Of a stretch of 64,000 nt of DNA, positions 28,951 through 37,139 are shown piece after piece (position 1 is the first letter of the stretch; every line of letters starts with the position of its first letter). This DNA comes from Candidatus Saccharimonadota bacterium. GTDB lineage: Bacteria; Patescibacteriota; Saccharimonadia; Saccharimonadales; JAXHNE01. Location: the NCBI GenBank assembly GCA_034520885.1, contig JAXHNE010000007.1, forward strand, positions 118,827 through 182,826, given 5' to 3'. The notes below the pieces were generated by a model, which saw only the letters and a program-made list of their open reading frames with translations, was not told where the DNA came from and did no database searches. The translations under genes were made by a program, and so were the position numbers.

Positions 28951-29102
28951 CCCGTAGTGAGCCTCCGAGAAGCTGCCAAAGGCAGCTATACTTTGCTAAG
29001 AGCAAAGTGCTCGGAGATCTACTACGGGATAGATCCCGTCAGAAATAGGAAGCCCATGGGCTTCCGTAGGACACGGAGGCTTGTCCGAATTTCCTACGGG
29101 AT
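28951..29102 (+). other. two tandem ~70-78-nt modules with the same predicted fold (long P1 closing a junction with two hairpins)
   Basis: Module 1: CCCGTAGT...ACTACGGG enclosing CTCCGAG/CTCGGAG, GCTGCCaaaGGCAGC and CTTTGCTaagAGCAAAG. Module 2: ATCCCGT...ACGGGAT enclosing GGAAGCCCATGGGCTTCC and GGACA-N8-TGTCC. Confidence 0.3.
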
Positions 29103-29129
29103 TGACTTTAAGGGGGTTTGGATTATAAT
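29102..29129 (+). promoter_or_regulatory. near-consensus promoter TTGACT-16-TATAAT upstream of nusA
   Basis: Read directly; 260 nt upstream of the nusA ATG. Confidence 0.6.
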
Positions 29130-29139
29130 GGTGGGTGTT

Positions 29140-29172
29140 ATCCGGCCAAGCGAGGTCGGATTTTCTACTTTT
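29140..29172 (+). terminator. intrinsic-terminator-like hairpin with an interrupted U-tract in the nusA leader
   Basis: ATCCGGCC-aagcga-GGTCGGAT (8 bp, one G-U) followed by TTTTCTACTTTT. Confidence 0.5.
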
Positions 29173-29389
29173 AGGAAATTTAATAATTTAATTTTTACGA
29201 AAAACGTAAATAAGTAAGGGCTCGTTATGTGCTTGTGTCCAGTACAAGGCGTCGACGAGAAGCACACCGAGACGTATTGATATACGACGAGGGAGCATTG
29301 CAGGCGACAACGCAGTAATGGGCCAAGAGCGACAGCGGTATCACGGGCTTTGCGCGTGAACAGGCTGTCGCGGCACATAAGGAGACAAG

Positions 29390-30541
29390 ATGGATTTTAA
29401 GCAACTGGCCCAATCAATTAACTTAATCGCAGAGGAAAAAAACCTCCCCGAAGACCTCGTACAAAATATCGTGGAACAAGCGCTGGCCGCGGCTTATCGC
29501 CGTGACTATGGCGACCGTGAACAAGAAGTTCGCGCCACAATGAACCTAAACACCGGCGAAGTGACCGCTTACGTTATTAAAGACGTCGTGGATGACGTGG
29601 AGGACGAAAAAACGCAAATCACTTTGGCCGACGCCAAGAAGATCGATAAAAACGCCAAAGTCGGCGAAACGGTAGAAATCTCGCAAAAGGTCGAGGAGTT
29701 CGGCCGCGTGGCCGCGCAAACCGCCAAGCAAGTCATATTGCAGCGCCTTCGCGAATCGGAACGCGAGATCGTTATGGAAGAATACGAAGATAAGATCGGT
29801 ACGGTCATTAACGGTATTGTCTCCCGCGTGGAAGGCAACATCACTCGTATCGATCTGGGCAAAGCGCAGGGCATTATGCCCCGCAGTGAGCAAATTCAGG
29901 GCGAGCGGCATTTTCCCGGCCAACGCCTAAAAGTGTTTTTAAAAGACGTGGAGCGCGGATTCCGCGGCCCGCAACTGATTTTGTCCCGCGGGAATACCGA
30001 GTTCGTGGAGTGGCTGTTCCGTGCGGAAGTGCCGGAAATGGAAAATGACTCCGTGGAAATCAAGGGCATCGCCCGTGAAGCCGGCGTGCGCACCAAGTTG
30101 GCCGTACACAGTAGCGTTCCCGGCGTTGACCCGGTCGGTACCTTCGTGGGTGGACACGGCACGCGAGTAAACGCGGTGATGAGCGAAATCGGTGAACAAG
30201 AAAAGATCGATATCATCGTATGGGACGAACATCCCGAGGTATATATTACGAACGCCCTGAGTCCTACGAACGTGACGAGCGTCACGGTTGACGAAAAGGA
30301 GAAAAAGGCCAAAGTGATCGTCCCCGAAGATCAGCTAAGCATTGGTATTGGCCGCGGCGGGCAGAACGTACGCTTGGCCAGTAAGTTGACCGGCTACGAA
30401 ATTGACATTGCCGCCAAAGACGGCACTCCGGCCGAGGAAGCCAAAGGCACGGAAAGCAGCAAACCGGTCGTCCAAAAGCTCAAGAAGAAGAGCGAACTGG
30501 AAAGCTCACTCCTGGAAGCCATCGACGAACACGGCGAGTAG
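29390..30541 (+). CDS. nusA: transcription termination/antitermination factor NusA
   Basis: 383 aa; N-terminal domain, S1 and two KH domains (IGRGGQNVRLASKLTG); ggaga SD. Confidence 0.95.
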   Translation: MDFKQLAQSINLIAEEKNLPEDLVQNIVEQALAAAYRRDYGDREQEVRATMNLNTGEVTAYVIKDVVDDVEDEKTQITLADAKKIDKNAKVGETVEISQKVEEFGRVAAQTAKQVILQRLRESEREIVMEEYEDKIGTVINGIVSRVEGNITRIDLGKAQGIMPRSEQIQGERHFPGQRLKVFLKDVERGFRGPQLILSRGNTEFVEWLFRAEVPEMENDSVEIKGIAREAGVRTKLAVHSSVPGVDPVGTFVGGHGTRVNAVMSEIGEQEKIDIIVWDEHPEVYITNALSPTNVTSVTVDEKEKKAKVIVPEDQLSIGIGRGGQNVRLASKLTGYEIDIAAKDGTPAEEAKGTESSKPVVQKLKKKSELESSLLEAIDEHGE

Positions 30542-30544
30542 GCG

Positions 30545-30814
30545 GTGTCCTTTTCTTACGAGGAACCAAGTCTAGAAATGCTTGAAGAGCGGCAGCTGCT
30601 CCGCTTCAAGACATACAAACCCGAAGAAATCGAAGATGATTTGGCGTTTCTTGATGAGGCAACTAGAACTGATGCGTATTTTGAACCATATGCTGACGTA
30701 GGTGATACTTCAGAACTACTGCGAGCCGCAGCAAATCTTGCAATGTTTGCGGAAGCGGAAGAATATCGCAGACGAACCGGCAGCCTAGAACTACCAGGAT
30801 CAAGCTTAGATTAG
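30545..30814 (+). CDS. hypothetical acidic protein
   Basis: 89-aa ORF, GTG start 3 nt after the nusA stop; no YlxR (GRGAY) motif. Confidence 0.4.
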   Translation: MSFSYEEPSLEMLEERQLLRFKTYKPEEIEDDLAFLDEATRTDAYFEPYADVGDTSELLRAAANLAMFAEAEEYRRRTGSLELPGSSLD

Positions 30815-30958
30815 CATCCGAACAAGAGGGGTGTGGTGCGCTGCCGGTTTGCTGTCGGGTCGGATTATCGTGCCACTTGGCGTCGCGGCCATCATCCCGC
30901 TTAATTAACAATGAAAAAATAATGTTACAATCACGGTAAACATAAGCAAAGGTAATTT

Positions 30959-31531
30959 ATGGACGAAAACGCACAAAATCAACAAAACGACCAAAACGGC
31001 GATGCCGGACCACAACGGACTGATCCCCCACAACAGCCGCAACAACAGCCGCAGCAGCCACAGCCGCAGCAACCACCTCCACCACCGGCGAGCCCCACGA
31101 ACAATTCGCCACAGCAACAGCCCGGATTCGTGCGGCCACAACAGGCGCCGAGCCAACCCGCGCAACCCCAGCCGCAAGTATCACAGCAACCCAATGCGCA
31201 AGCGCAACCAATGCAGGGTAATGCGGTAGCGGCCGGGCAGAAAGACTACTTGGCAACATGGCTTCTTTCTTACTTTTTGGGCATATTCGGAGTGGATAGA
31301 TTCTACCTGGGTTACACCGGGCTTGGCGTACTGAAGTTGATTACTCTCGGCGGATGTGGCTTATGGGCATTGATCGATTGGGTTCTAGTGTTCGCCGGCG
31401 TCATGAAAGACAGTGAAGGACGACCGATGAAAGATCGCGAGAAGAACTTCAAGCTTACCGTGATTCTGTTTGTCGTATTCTCGGTACTCGGCATCTTTAG
31501 CTCTATTGTGAGCGGTATTACCAGCGCCTAA
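30959..31531 (+). CDS. TM2 domain protein with a Gln/Pro-rich N-terminal region
   Basis: C-terminal YFLGIFGVDRFYLGYTGLGVLKLITLGGCGLWALIDW is a typical TM2 domain; N-terminal (PQQ)n low complexity. Confidence 0.8.
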   Translation: MDENAQNQQNDQNGDAGPQRTDPPQQPQQQPQQPQPQQPPPPPASPTNNSPQQQPGFVRPQQAPSQPAQPQPQVSQQPNAQAQPMQGNAVAAGQKDYLATWLLSYFLGIFGVDRFYLGYTGLGVLKLITLGGCGLWALIDWVLVFAGVMKDSEGRPMKDREKNFKLTVILFVVFSVLGIFSSIVSGITSA

Positions 31532-31536
31532 AAATT

Positions 31537-31836
31537 ATGTGGAAACTGGCCAAGGAAGTTATCGGGCTACAAACCCCCCGAGGTAGAATGAGTGCTTTTT
31601 TATTGGCAAGTTTCGTAATTTTTTTCAGCCAATATCATTGGTTTGAAAACTTGTCGCTTTGGAAAAATCTTGGCTGGGAGTCCGCGCCATCCATTGGTCT
31701 TACCAGAGCCTATTGGCTTCTTTTGCATGGAGATGTCCAGGCGGCATGGGAACGAAATTGGTTAATATTCCCGGTTCTTTTGATATTGGCGATGATATTC
31801 ATGCGTGATTTATACAAAAGAGTAAGAGGTGAGTGA
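31537..31836 (+). CDS. small membrane protein, DUF2752-like
   Basis: 99 aa; GLTRAYWLLLHGDVQAAWERN resembles the DUF2752 core (without the CxxC); often paired with TM2 proteins. Confidence 0.5.
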   Translation: MWKLAKEVIGLQTPRGRMSAFLLASFVIFFSQYHWFENLSLWKNLGWESAPSIGLTRAYWLLLHGDVQAAWERNWLIFPVLLILAMIFMRDLYKRVRGE

Positions 31837-32093
31837 GTACTGGGGCAGGCTTGATCCGGGTCGAGCCTGCTAACCCCGCCTTATCGCACGGTATTTGCTA
31901 ACTACCTTGTAATTAGCACTCTTGACGGGCAGTCAAAAATGCTGAGCTTTATCACTGTCTGGCACACTGATTACCACCTATTGCGGTTCTTTTTCTTCCG
32001 GTTCAGCTCACTGTAGCAACAGCTACAGCTCACTCTAATCCTCAAAAAAATAACCACACTAGCCGGCACTCAGAATACCAGCCAGTAACAAAA

Positions 32094-32120
32094 CTAGCAC
32101 TCTTGACTGCCGAGTGCTAA
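32094..32120. promoter_or_regulatory. CIRCE (HrcA operator) overlapping the clpC promoter
   Basis: cTAGCACTC-ttgactgcc-GAGTGCTAA matches TTAGCACTC-N9-GAGTGCTAA at 17/18 positions; TTGACT (-35) sits in the spacer and TATAAT is at 32125-32130. Confidence 0.8.
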
Positions 32121-32207
32121 TTGGTATAATGGAGATGTGCTGAGAGCTAAAAGCGGAAAGCCATTAGTAAACAGCAACTAAGAGAGGGTGGTAGTGAAAT
32201 CTGATAA

Positions 32208-32239
32208 ACAGCTATAAGCTACCAGCTAAACGCTAAACC
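32208..32239. repeat. heptad-periodic tract (acagcta taagcta ccagcta aacgcta)
   Basis: Directly abuts the clpC ATG. Confidence 0.7.
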
Positions 32240-34753
32240 ATGATGCCGAATTCACCGGACTTTCAAGAATTCATCAATCATTTAACGGATAACGCTATCC
32301 AAAGCTTGAAGCATGCCGATGCTATCGCGCGAAGCTTTGGCAGTGCCTACGTGGGCACCGAGCATTTATTACTAGGAGTGTTGGCGCAGGATTCCAGTAT
32401 CGGCGCCAAACTATTAAGCGATCGCGGCGTTACGCTGGATCGTGCCCGGCTGGCACTGAACCTCACGCCCAAGACCATGGTGATTAACCTTGGCGCCAAA
32501 GGTTTGAGTGAAACCGCCAAACTGACGCTCAAAATGGCCTATGATGTCGCCCAGGACTACGATCAAGAATTCTGCGGTACGGAACACATTTTATACAGTA
32601 TTTTAACCCAGAAAAATGCCCGGGCGACCGTGCTGTTGCGCGATATGGACGTACAGGTCGACGCTCTGAATAACGAGCTGGAACAGTTCCTGAACAAACA
32701 ACAATACGACGGTATGCGCAAGGATGGCGGTAATACGTCTTCCAAACGCGGAAAACGCAACAAAAAGAAAACCGCCCTGGACTTTTTCGGTACCGACTTG
32801 ACCCAACAAGCGCGTGAGAAAAAGTTGGATCCCGTTGTCGGCCGGGAGGTGCAAATTCGCCGCATGATCACCATTTTGAATCGCCGGACTAAGAATAACC
32901 CCGTGCTTATCGGTGAACCGGGTGTAGGAAAAACCGCCATCGTGGAAGGCTTGGCTCAACGCATCGTGGCCGAGGACGTGCCGGACAGCTTGCTGGAAAA
33001 ACGCGTTATTTTACTGGACTTGGCCGGCATGATTGCCGGAACCAAGTACCGCGGTGAATTCGAAGAACGTCTTAAAAAAGTTATGGCCGAACTGGAAAAA
33101 GATGCCAATGCCATCGTGTTCATTGACGAGTTGCACTTAATCGTCGGTGCCGGAGCGGCGGAAGGCGCCATGGACGCCGGGAACATTTTGAAACCGGCTT
33201 TGGCGCGCGGAAAAATCCAAGTTATCGGCGCGACAACGACGGACGAATACACCAAGCACATCGAAAAGGACGCCGCGTTGGAGCGGCGCTTCCAGCCCAT
33301 CCAAGTTCCGGAAGCCACGGCCAAGGAAACGCTGGCTATCCTGAAAGGTTTGCGCAAACACTACGAAGAATTTCATAACGTAAAGCTGGACGATGAAGTA
33401 CTGGAAGATACCGTGGCCTTTGCCAAGCGCTATATCAATGATCGCTTTTTGCCCGACAAAGCCATTGATCTTTTGGACGAAACCAGTGCGCACCTTCGCG
33501 TGGACAAGGGCCGCACCCCGCCCGAACTGAGGAAATTGCAAAAAGATCTTAAATTAGTGAACTCCCGCATAGAAGACGCGGTGGACGCCGAAGATTACGA
33601 AAAAGCCGCCAAACACAAACAAAAGGCCAGCCAAATCGCCGAAAAAGTGAAGGACATGCAGGCCAAAGGCAAAGCCTCCAACAGCCTCACGGTCAAAAGT
33701 GACGACGTAGCCGATGTGGTCGCTCGTATCACCGGTATTCCCGTCTCCAAGATAATCAAAACCGAGGCCAAGTATTTGTTGGGGCTGGAAGACAGTCTTT
33801 CCAGGCACGTCATTGGCCAGGAAGAAGCCGTAAAGGTCGTATCCAAAGCGATCCGGCGAAACCGCGTGGGTATTAGCGCAGGGACGCGTCCTATCGGGTC
33901 GTTCATATTTTTGGGACCGACCGGTGTCGGTAAAACCGAACTTGCCCGCGTATTGGCTCGTGAGTTCTTTGGCAGCCAAGAAAATTTGGTAAAAATCGAT
34001 ATGAGTGAGTTCGGGGAACGGCATACGGCCGCTCGTTTGGTCGGCGCGCCGGCGGGGTATGTCGGGTACGACGAAGGCGGCCAGCTCACCGATAAAATTC
34101 GCCGCCAACCCTATAGCTTGGTTCTGTTCGACGAGATCGAAAAAGCCCATCCGGAAGTCTTTAATATGCTGCTACAAATTTTGGAAGACGGCGTTTTGGC
34201 CGATGCCAAAGGCCGCAAGATCGACTTCACCAACACGGTCGTAATTATGACCAGTAACTTGGGCGCCGATAAGCTCCAAAAAGAGGCCAACTTTGGTTTC
34301 GAAGCCGAGCGGCCGGAGGAGCTGGAAGATTTGAACGAACTGCACGAAGCCAATAAGCACAAAGTGCACGACGAACTCAAGAAGATGATGCGCCCCGAGC
34401 TACTAAACCGTATCGACAAGGTGGTGGTTTTCCGGGCACTGAACAAAAAGAGCCTAAAGAAAATCCTCGATCACCAAATTTCCGAGTTGCGCGACCGGCT
34501 TTTGAAACACGGAATCGGCGTACGGCTGACCAAAACGGCCAAGGAGTACTTGATGAAACACGGCTATGACGCCAAAAATGGAGCCCGCCCCATGCGCCGA
34601 TTAATCGAAGACACCATCGAGGATCACATCGCGCTGGAGCTGCTTTCCGAGAACTATCACCGGGGTGACGTCATACGCGTATCCGCCGGAAAAGACAAGC
34701 TGCGCTATAAGCCGATTCGGGAACCAAAATCGTCAAAAAAACTGGTAAAATAA
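32240..34753 (+). CDS. clpC: ClpC-type class I AAA+ chaperone/unfoldase
   Basis: 837 aa; Clp_N repeats, two Walker A sites (GEPGVGKT, GPTGVGKT), UVR-like linker (DAEDYEKAAKHKQKA). Confidence 0.9.
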   Translation: MMPNSPDFQEFINHLTDNAIQSLKHADAIARSFGSAYVGTEHLLLGVLAQDSSIGAKLLSDRGVTLDRARLALNLTPKTMVINLGAKGLSETAKLTLKMAYDVAQDYDQEFCGTEHILYSILTQKNARATVLLRDMDVQVDALNNELEQFLNKQQYDGMRKDGGNTSSKRGKRNKKKTALDFFGTDLTQQAREKKLDPVVGREVQIRRMITILNRRTKNNPVLIGEPGVGKTAIVEGLAQRIVAEDVPDSLLEKRVILLDLAGMIAGTKYRGEFEERLKKVMAELEKDANAIVFIDELHLIVGAGAAEGAMDAGNILKPALARGKIQVIGATTTDEYTKHIEKDAALERRFQPIQVPEATAKETLAILKGLRKHYEEFHNVKLDDEVLEDTVAFAKRYINDRFLPDKAIDLLDETSAHLRVDKGRTPPELRKLQKDLKLVNSRIEDAVDAEDYEKAAKHKQKASQIAEKVKDMQAKGKASNSLTVKSDDVADVVARITGIPVSKIIKTEAKYLLGLEDSLSRHVIGQEEAVKVVSKAIRRNRVGISAGTRPIGSFIFLGPTGVGKTELARVLAREFFGSQENLVKIDMSEFGERHTAARLVGAPAGYVGYDEGGQLTDKIRRQPYSLVLFDEIEKAHPEVFNMLLQILEDGVLADAKGRKIDFTNTVVIMTSNLGADKLQKEANFGFEAERPEELEDLNELHEANKHKVHDELKKMMRPELLNRIDKVVVFRALNKKSLKKILDHQISELRDRLLKHGIGVRLTKTAKEYLMKHGYDAKNGARPMRRLIEDTIEDHIALELLSENYHRGDVIRVSAGKDKLRYKPIREPKSSKKLVK

Positions 34754-34757
34754 TGGC

Positions 34758-35735
34758 ATGCACAATCTAAAGCGGTTCATATCGTCGGTTTTGCTTATCG
34801 CCTTGGTGGGCGGGGTATTGCTGGCGCTGTGGCACAAGCAGGATGTTTATGATTGGTATCGCTTGCGTGATTACGTGCCCTCGGCGGAAATTGAAGCTTT
34901 GGCGGAAAATACCGCCATGTCGGATTACGGCCGCAAGCTTTTTTACGTGCACGATCCGCGCCTGGAAGACAGGGAGACTTTTAATCGAACGTGCTCGCAT
35001 TTTGAACAAACTATCGTTTTGGGGTGCTATAAATCCCACCAATCCATTCACGTTTTTGACGTACAAGACGAACGCCTGGAAGGTATCGAAGAAGTCACCG
35101 CGGCCCATGAAATGCTGCACGCGGCCTATGACCGCCTGGACGACTCCGGCAAAAAGCGTATCGACCGCATGGTGGTATCTCATTATGAAAACGTCAAAAA
35201 AGATTTGCCGCGTATTCGTGACACGGTACTAACTTATATCGAATCCGATGATCACGGCCCCGAAGTGGTTAATAACGAACTACATTCCATTATGGGAACC
35301 GAGGTCCGTGAACTATCGCCGGAGCTGGAGGAGTACTACGGCCAGTACTTTGAAGATCGAACCCGTGTCGTCGAGCATGCGGAAGGGTACGCGCAAGTGT
35401 TCGTGGAGCAGCAGAATAAGATCGAAGACTTAAGAGGCCAAATTCAACAGCTGGAAACCAAACTGCAAGGCCGCCGCGCCGAGATTGAAAGTGAAGGCCA
35501 GTCACTCCAGGAAGAAGCCCGGCGCCTTACCGAGCTGCGAGCCAATGATCAAATCGAGGAATATAACGCCAGCGTACTTCCCTACAATCAACGGCTAGAC
35601 GCCTACCGTGTAAAAGCCGATCAGTTTAACGCGGACATTCGCCGCCTCAACGACCTCATCGAGCGGTTTAACGAACTGGCGGTAGAGCAAAAAGAGCTTA
35701 ACAATGCCCTGGATAGCAGCACCCCGAACCTATAG
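34758..35735 (+). CDS. hypothetical membrane-anchored protein with an HExxH motif and a C-terminal coiled coil
   Basis: N-terminal TM helix; TAAHEMLHAAY; heptad-rich C-terminal ~110 aa. Confidence 0.55.
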   Translation: MHNLKRFISSVLLIALVGGVLLALWHKQDVYDWYRLRDYVPSAEIEALAENTAMSDYGRKLFYVHDPRLEDRETFNRTCSHFEQTIVLGCYKSHQSIHVFDVQDERLEGIEEVTAAHEMLHAAYDRLDDSGKKRIDRMVVSHYENVKKDLPRIRDTVLTYIESDDHGPEVVNNELHSIMGTEVRELSPELEEYYGQYFEDRTRVVEHAEGYAQVFVEQQNKIEDLRGQIQQLETKLQGRRAEIESEGQSLQEEARRLTELRANDQIEEYNASVLPYNQRLDAYRVKADQFNADIRRLNDLIERFNELAVEQKELNNALDSSTPNL

Positions 35736-35771
35736 CCGGCGTACTCCCCACTGATCTGTTACACTGAATAT

Positions 35772-37121
35772 ATGGCTAAAAATAAAGTCCGATACGTGTG
35801 CGCGAACTGCGGAGCCGAGAGTCCGACCTGGAGCGGGAAGTGCATGCAGTGCCAGGAGTGGAACACCCTTGAAGAACAAGTGCGCGTCGAGCAGTTTTCC
35901 ACCGAAAACAAGTCTCGGCCGGGTTCTACCTTAAAGCCGGTCACTATCGGCAAGGCGGCCGCTACCGATAAAAAACGATTGGCAACCAAGTTTTCCGATG
36001 TCGATGGCGTACTGGGCGGCGGGTTCGTCTCCGGGAGCGTCAACTTGATTGCCGGGCAACCGGGAATCGGCAAAAGTACTTTACTGTTGCAGTTGGCTCA
36101 CGCGCTTTCCAAACAATGCAGCGTGCTGTACGTCAGCGGGGAAGAGTCCGAACATCAAATCGGCCTGCGGGCCGAGCGTTTGGGAGCGACGGGCAAAAAG
36201 CTACAACTGGCCACCAGCACCAACGCCAATGACATCGCCGCCACGCTCAGCCAGAATACCTTCGACATCGTAATAGTGGACTCGGTGCAAACGCTCAGTT
36301 GTAATGAAATAAGTTCCTCCGCGGGTACGGTCAGCCAAATATCCAACTCCACGCGCATCTTAACCGCCGCCGCCAAGGCGACGGATACCGCCCTGGTGTT
36401 GGTAGGACACGTCACTAAAGAAGGCTCCATAGCCGGCCCGAAGGTGCTCGAACACCTCGTGGACGTCGTATTACAGTTGGAAGGTGACCGCGTGGGCGGA
36501 TTTAAAGTGCTCCGGGCGGTAAAAAACCGCTACGGGTCGACCACCGAAGCCAGTATTTTCGAAATGAAAGACACCGGGCTTTCGCCGGTAAAAAATCCCA
36601 GCGCGGCATTACTTTCCGAACGCCAAGCGACGGACGGATCGATTATCCTGGCCACCTTGGAAGGAACACGGCCGCTTTTGGTGGAAGTGCAAGCCCTGGT
36701 CAACCCCACCAATTACGGCTACCCCAAACGCACGGCCAGTGGCATAGATTTGAACCGCGTGAACGTGCTCATCGCCATGCTGGAAAAACGCACCAAGCTG
36801 AACCTGAAAGAACAGGACATTTTTATAAACATCGTGGGCGGGATCCGTATTAGTGAACCGGCCGCTGACCTGGCAGTTTGCATGGCCATCGCGACGGCTG
36901 CGAAGGGAATGCAGCTCAAACAAAACGCCGTGGTGTTCGGTGAGGTCGGTTTGAGTGGCGAGGTCCGGCATGTACCACTCATTGAAAAGCGAATCGAAGA
37001 AGCCAAGAAACTGGGGTTCGAAGGTACTATCGGCCCGAAGCTAAAGGGCGGCAATACGGTACGTAAAACTCACACGGCAGTTGGTACTGTGCGTAGCGCG
37101 CTAAATACATTTCTCCAGTAA
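35772..37121 (+). CDS. radA: DNA repair protein RadA/Sms
   Basis: CANCGAESPTWSGKCMQCQEWNT zinc finger, Walker A GQPGIGKST, KNRYG motif, Lon-like C-terminus; TACACT 6 nt before ATG. Confidence 0.95.
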   Translation: MAKNKVRYVCANCGAESPTWSGKCMQCQEWNTLEEQVRVEQFSTENKSRPGSTLKPVTIGKAAATDKKRLATKFSDVDGVLGGGFVSGSVNLIAGQPGIGKSTLLLQLAHALSKQCSVLYVSGEESEHQIGLRAERLGATGKKLQLATSTNANDIAATLSQNTFDIVIVDSVQTLSCNEISSSAGTVSQISNSTRILTAAAKATDTALVLVGHVTKEGSIAGPKVLEHLVDVVLQLEGDRVGGFKVLRAVKNRYGSTTEASIFEMKDTGLSPVKNPSAALLSERQATDGSIILATLEGTRPLLVEVQALVNPTNYGYPKRTASGIDLNRVNVLIAMLEKRTKLNLKEQDIFINIVGGIRISEPAADLAVCMAIATAAKGMQLKQNAVVFGEVGLSGEVRHVPLIEKRIEEAKKLGFEGTIGPKLKGGNTVRKTHTAVGTVRSALNTFLQ

Positions 37122-37139
37122 GTAAATAGGTGCGAAAGT

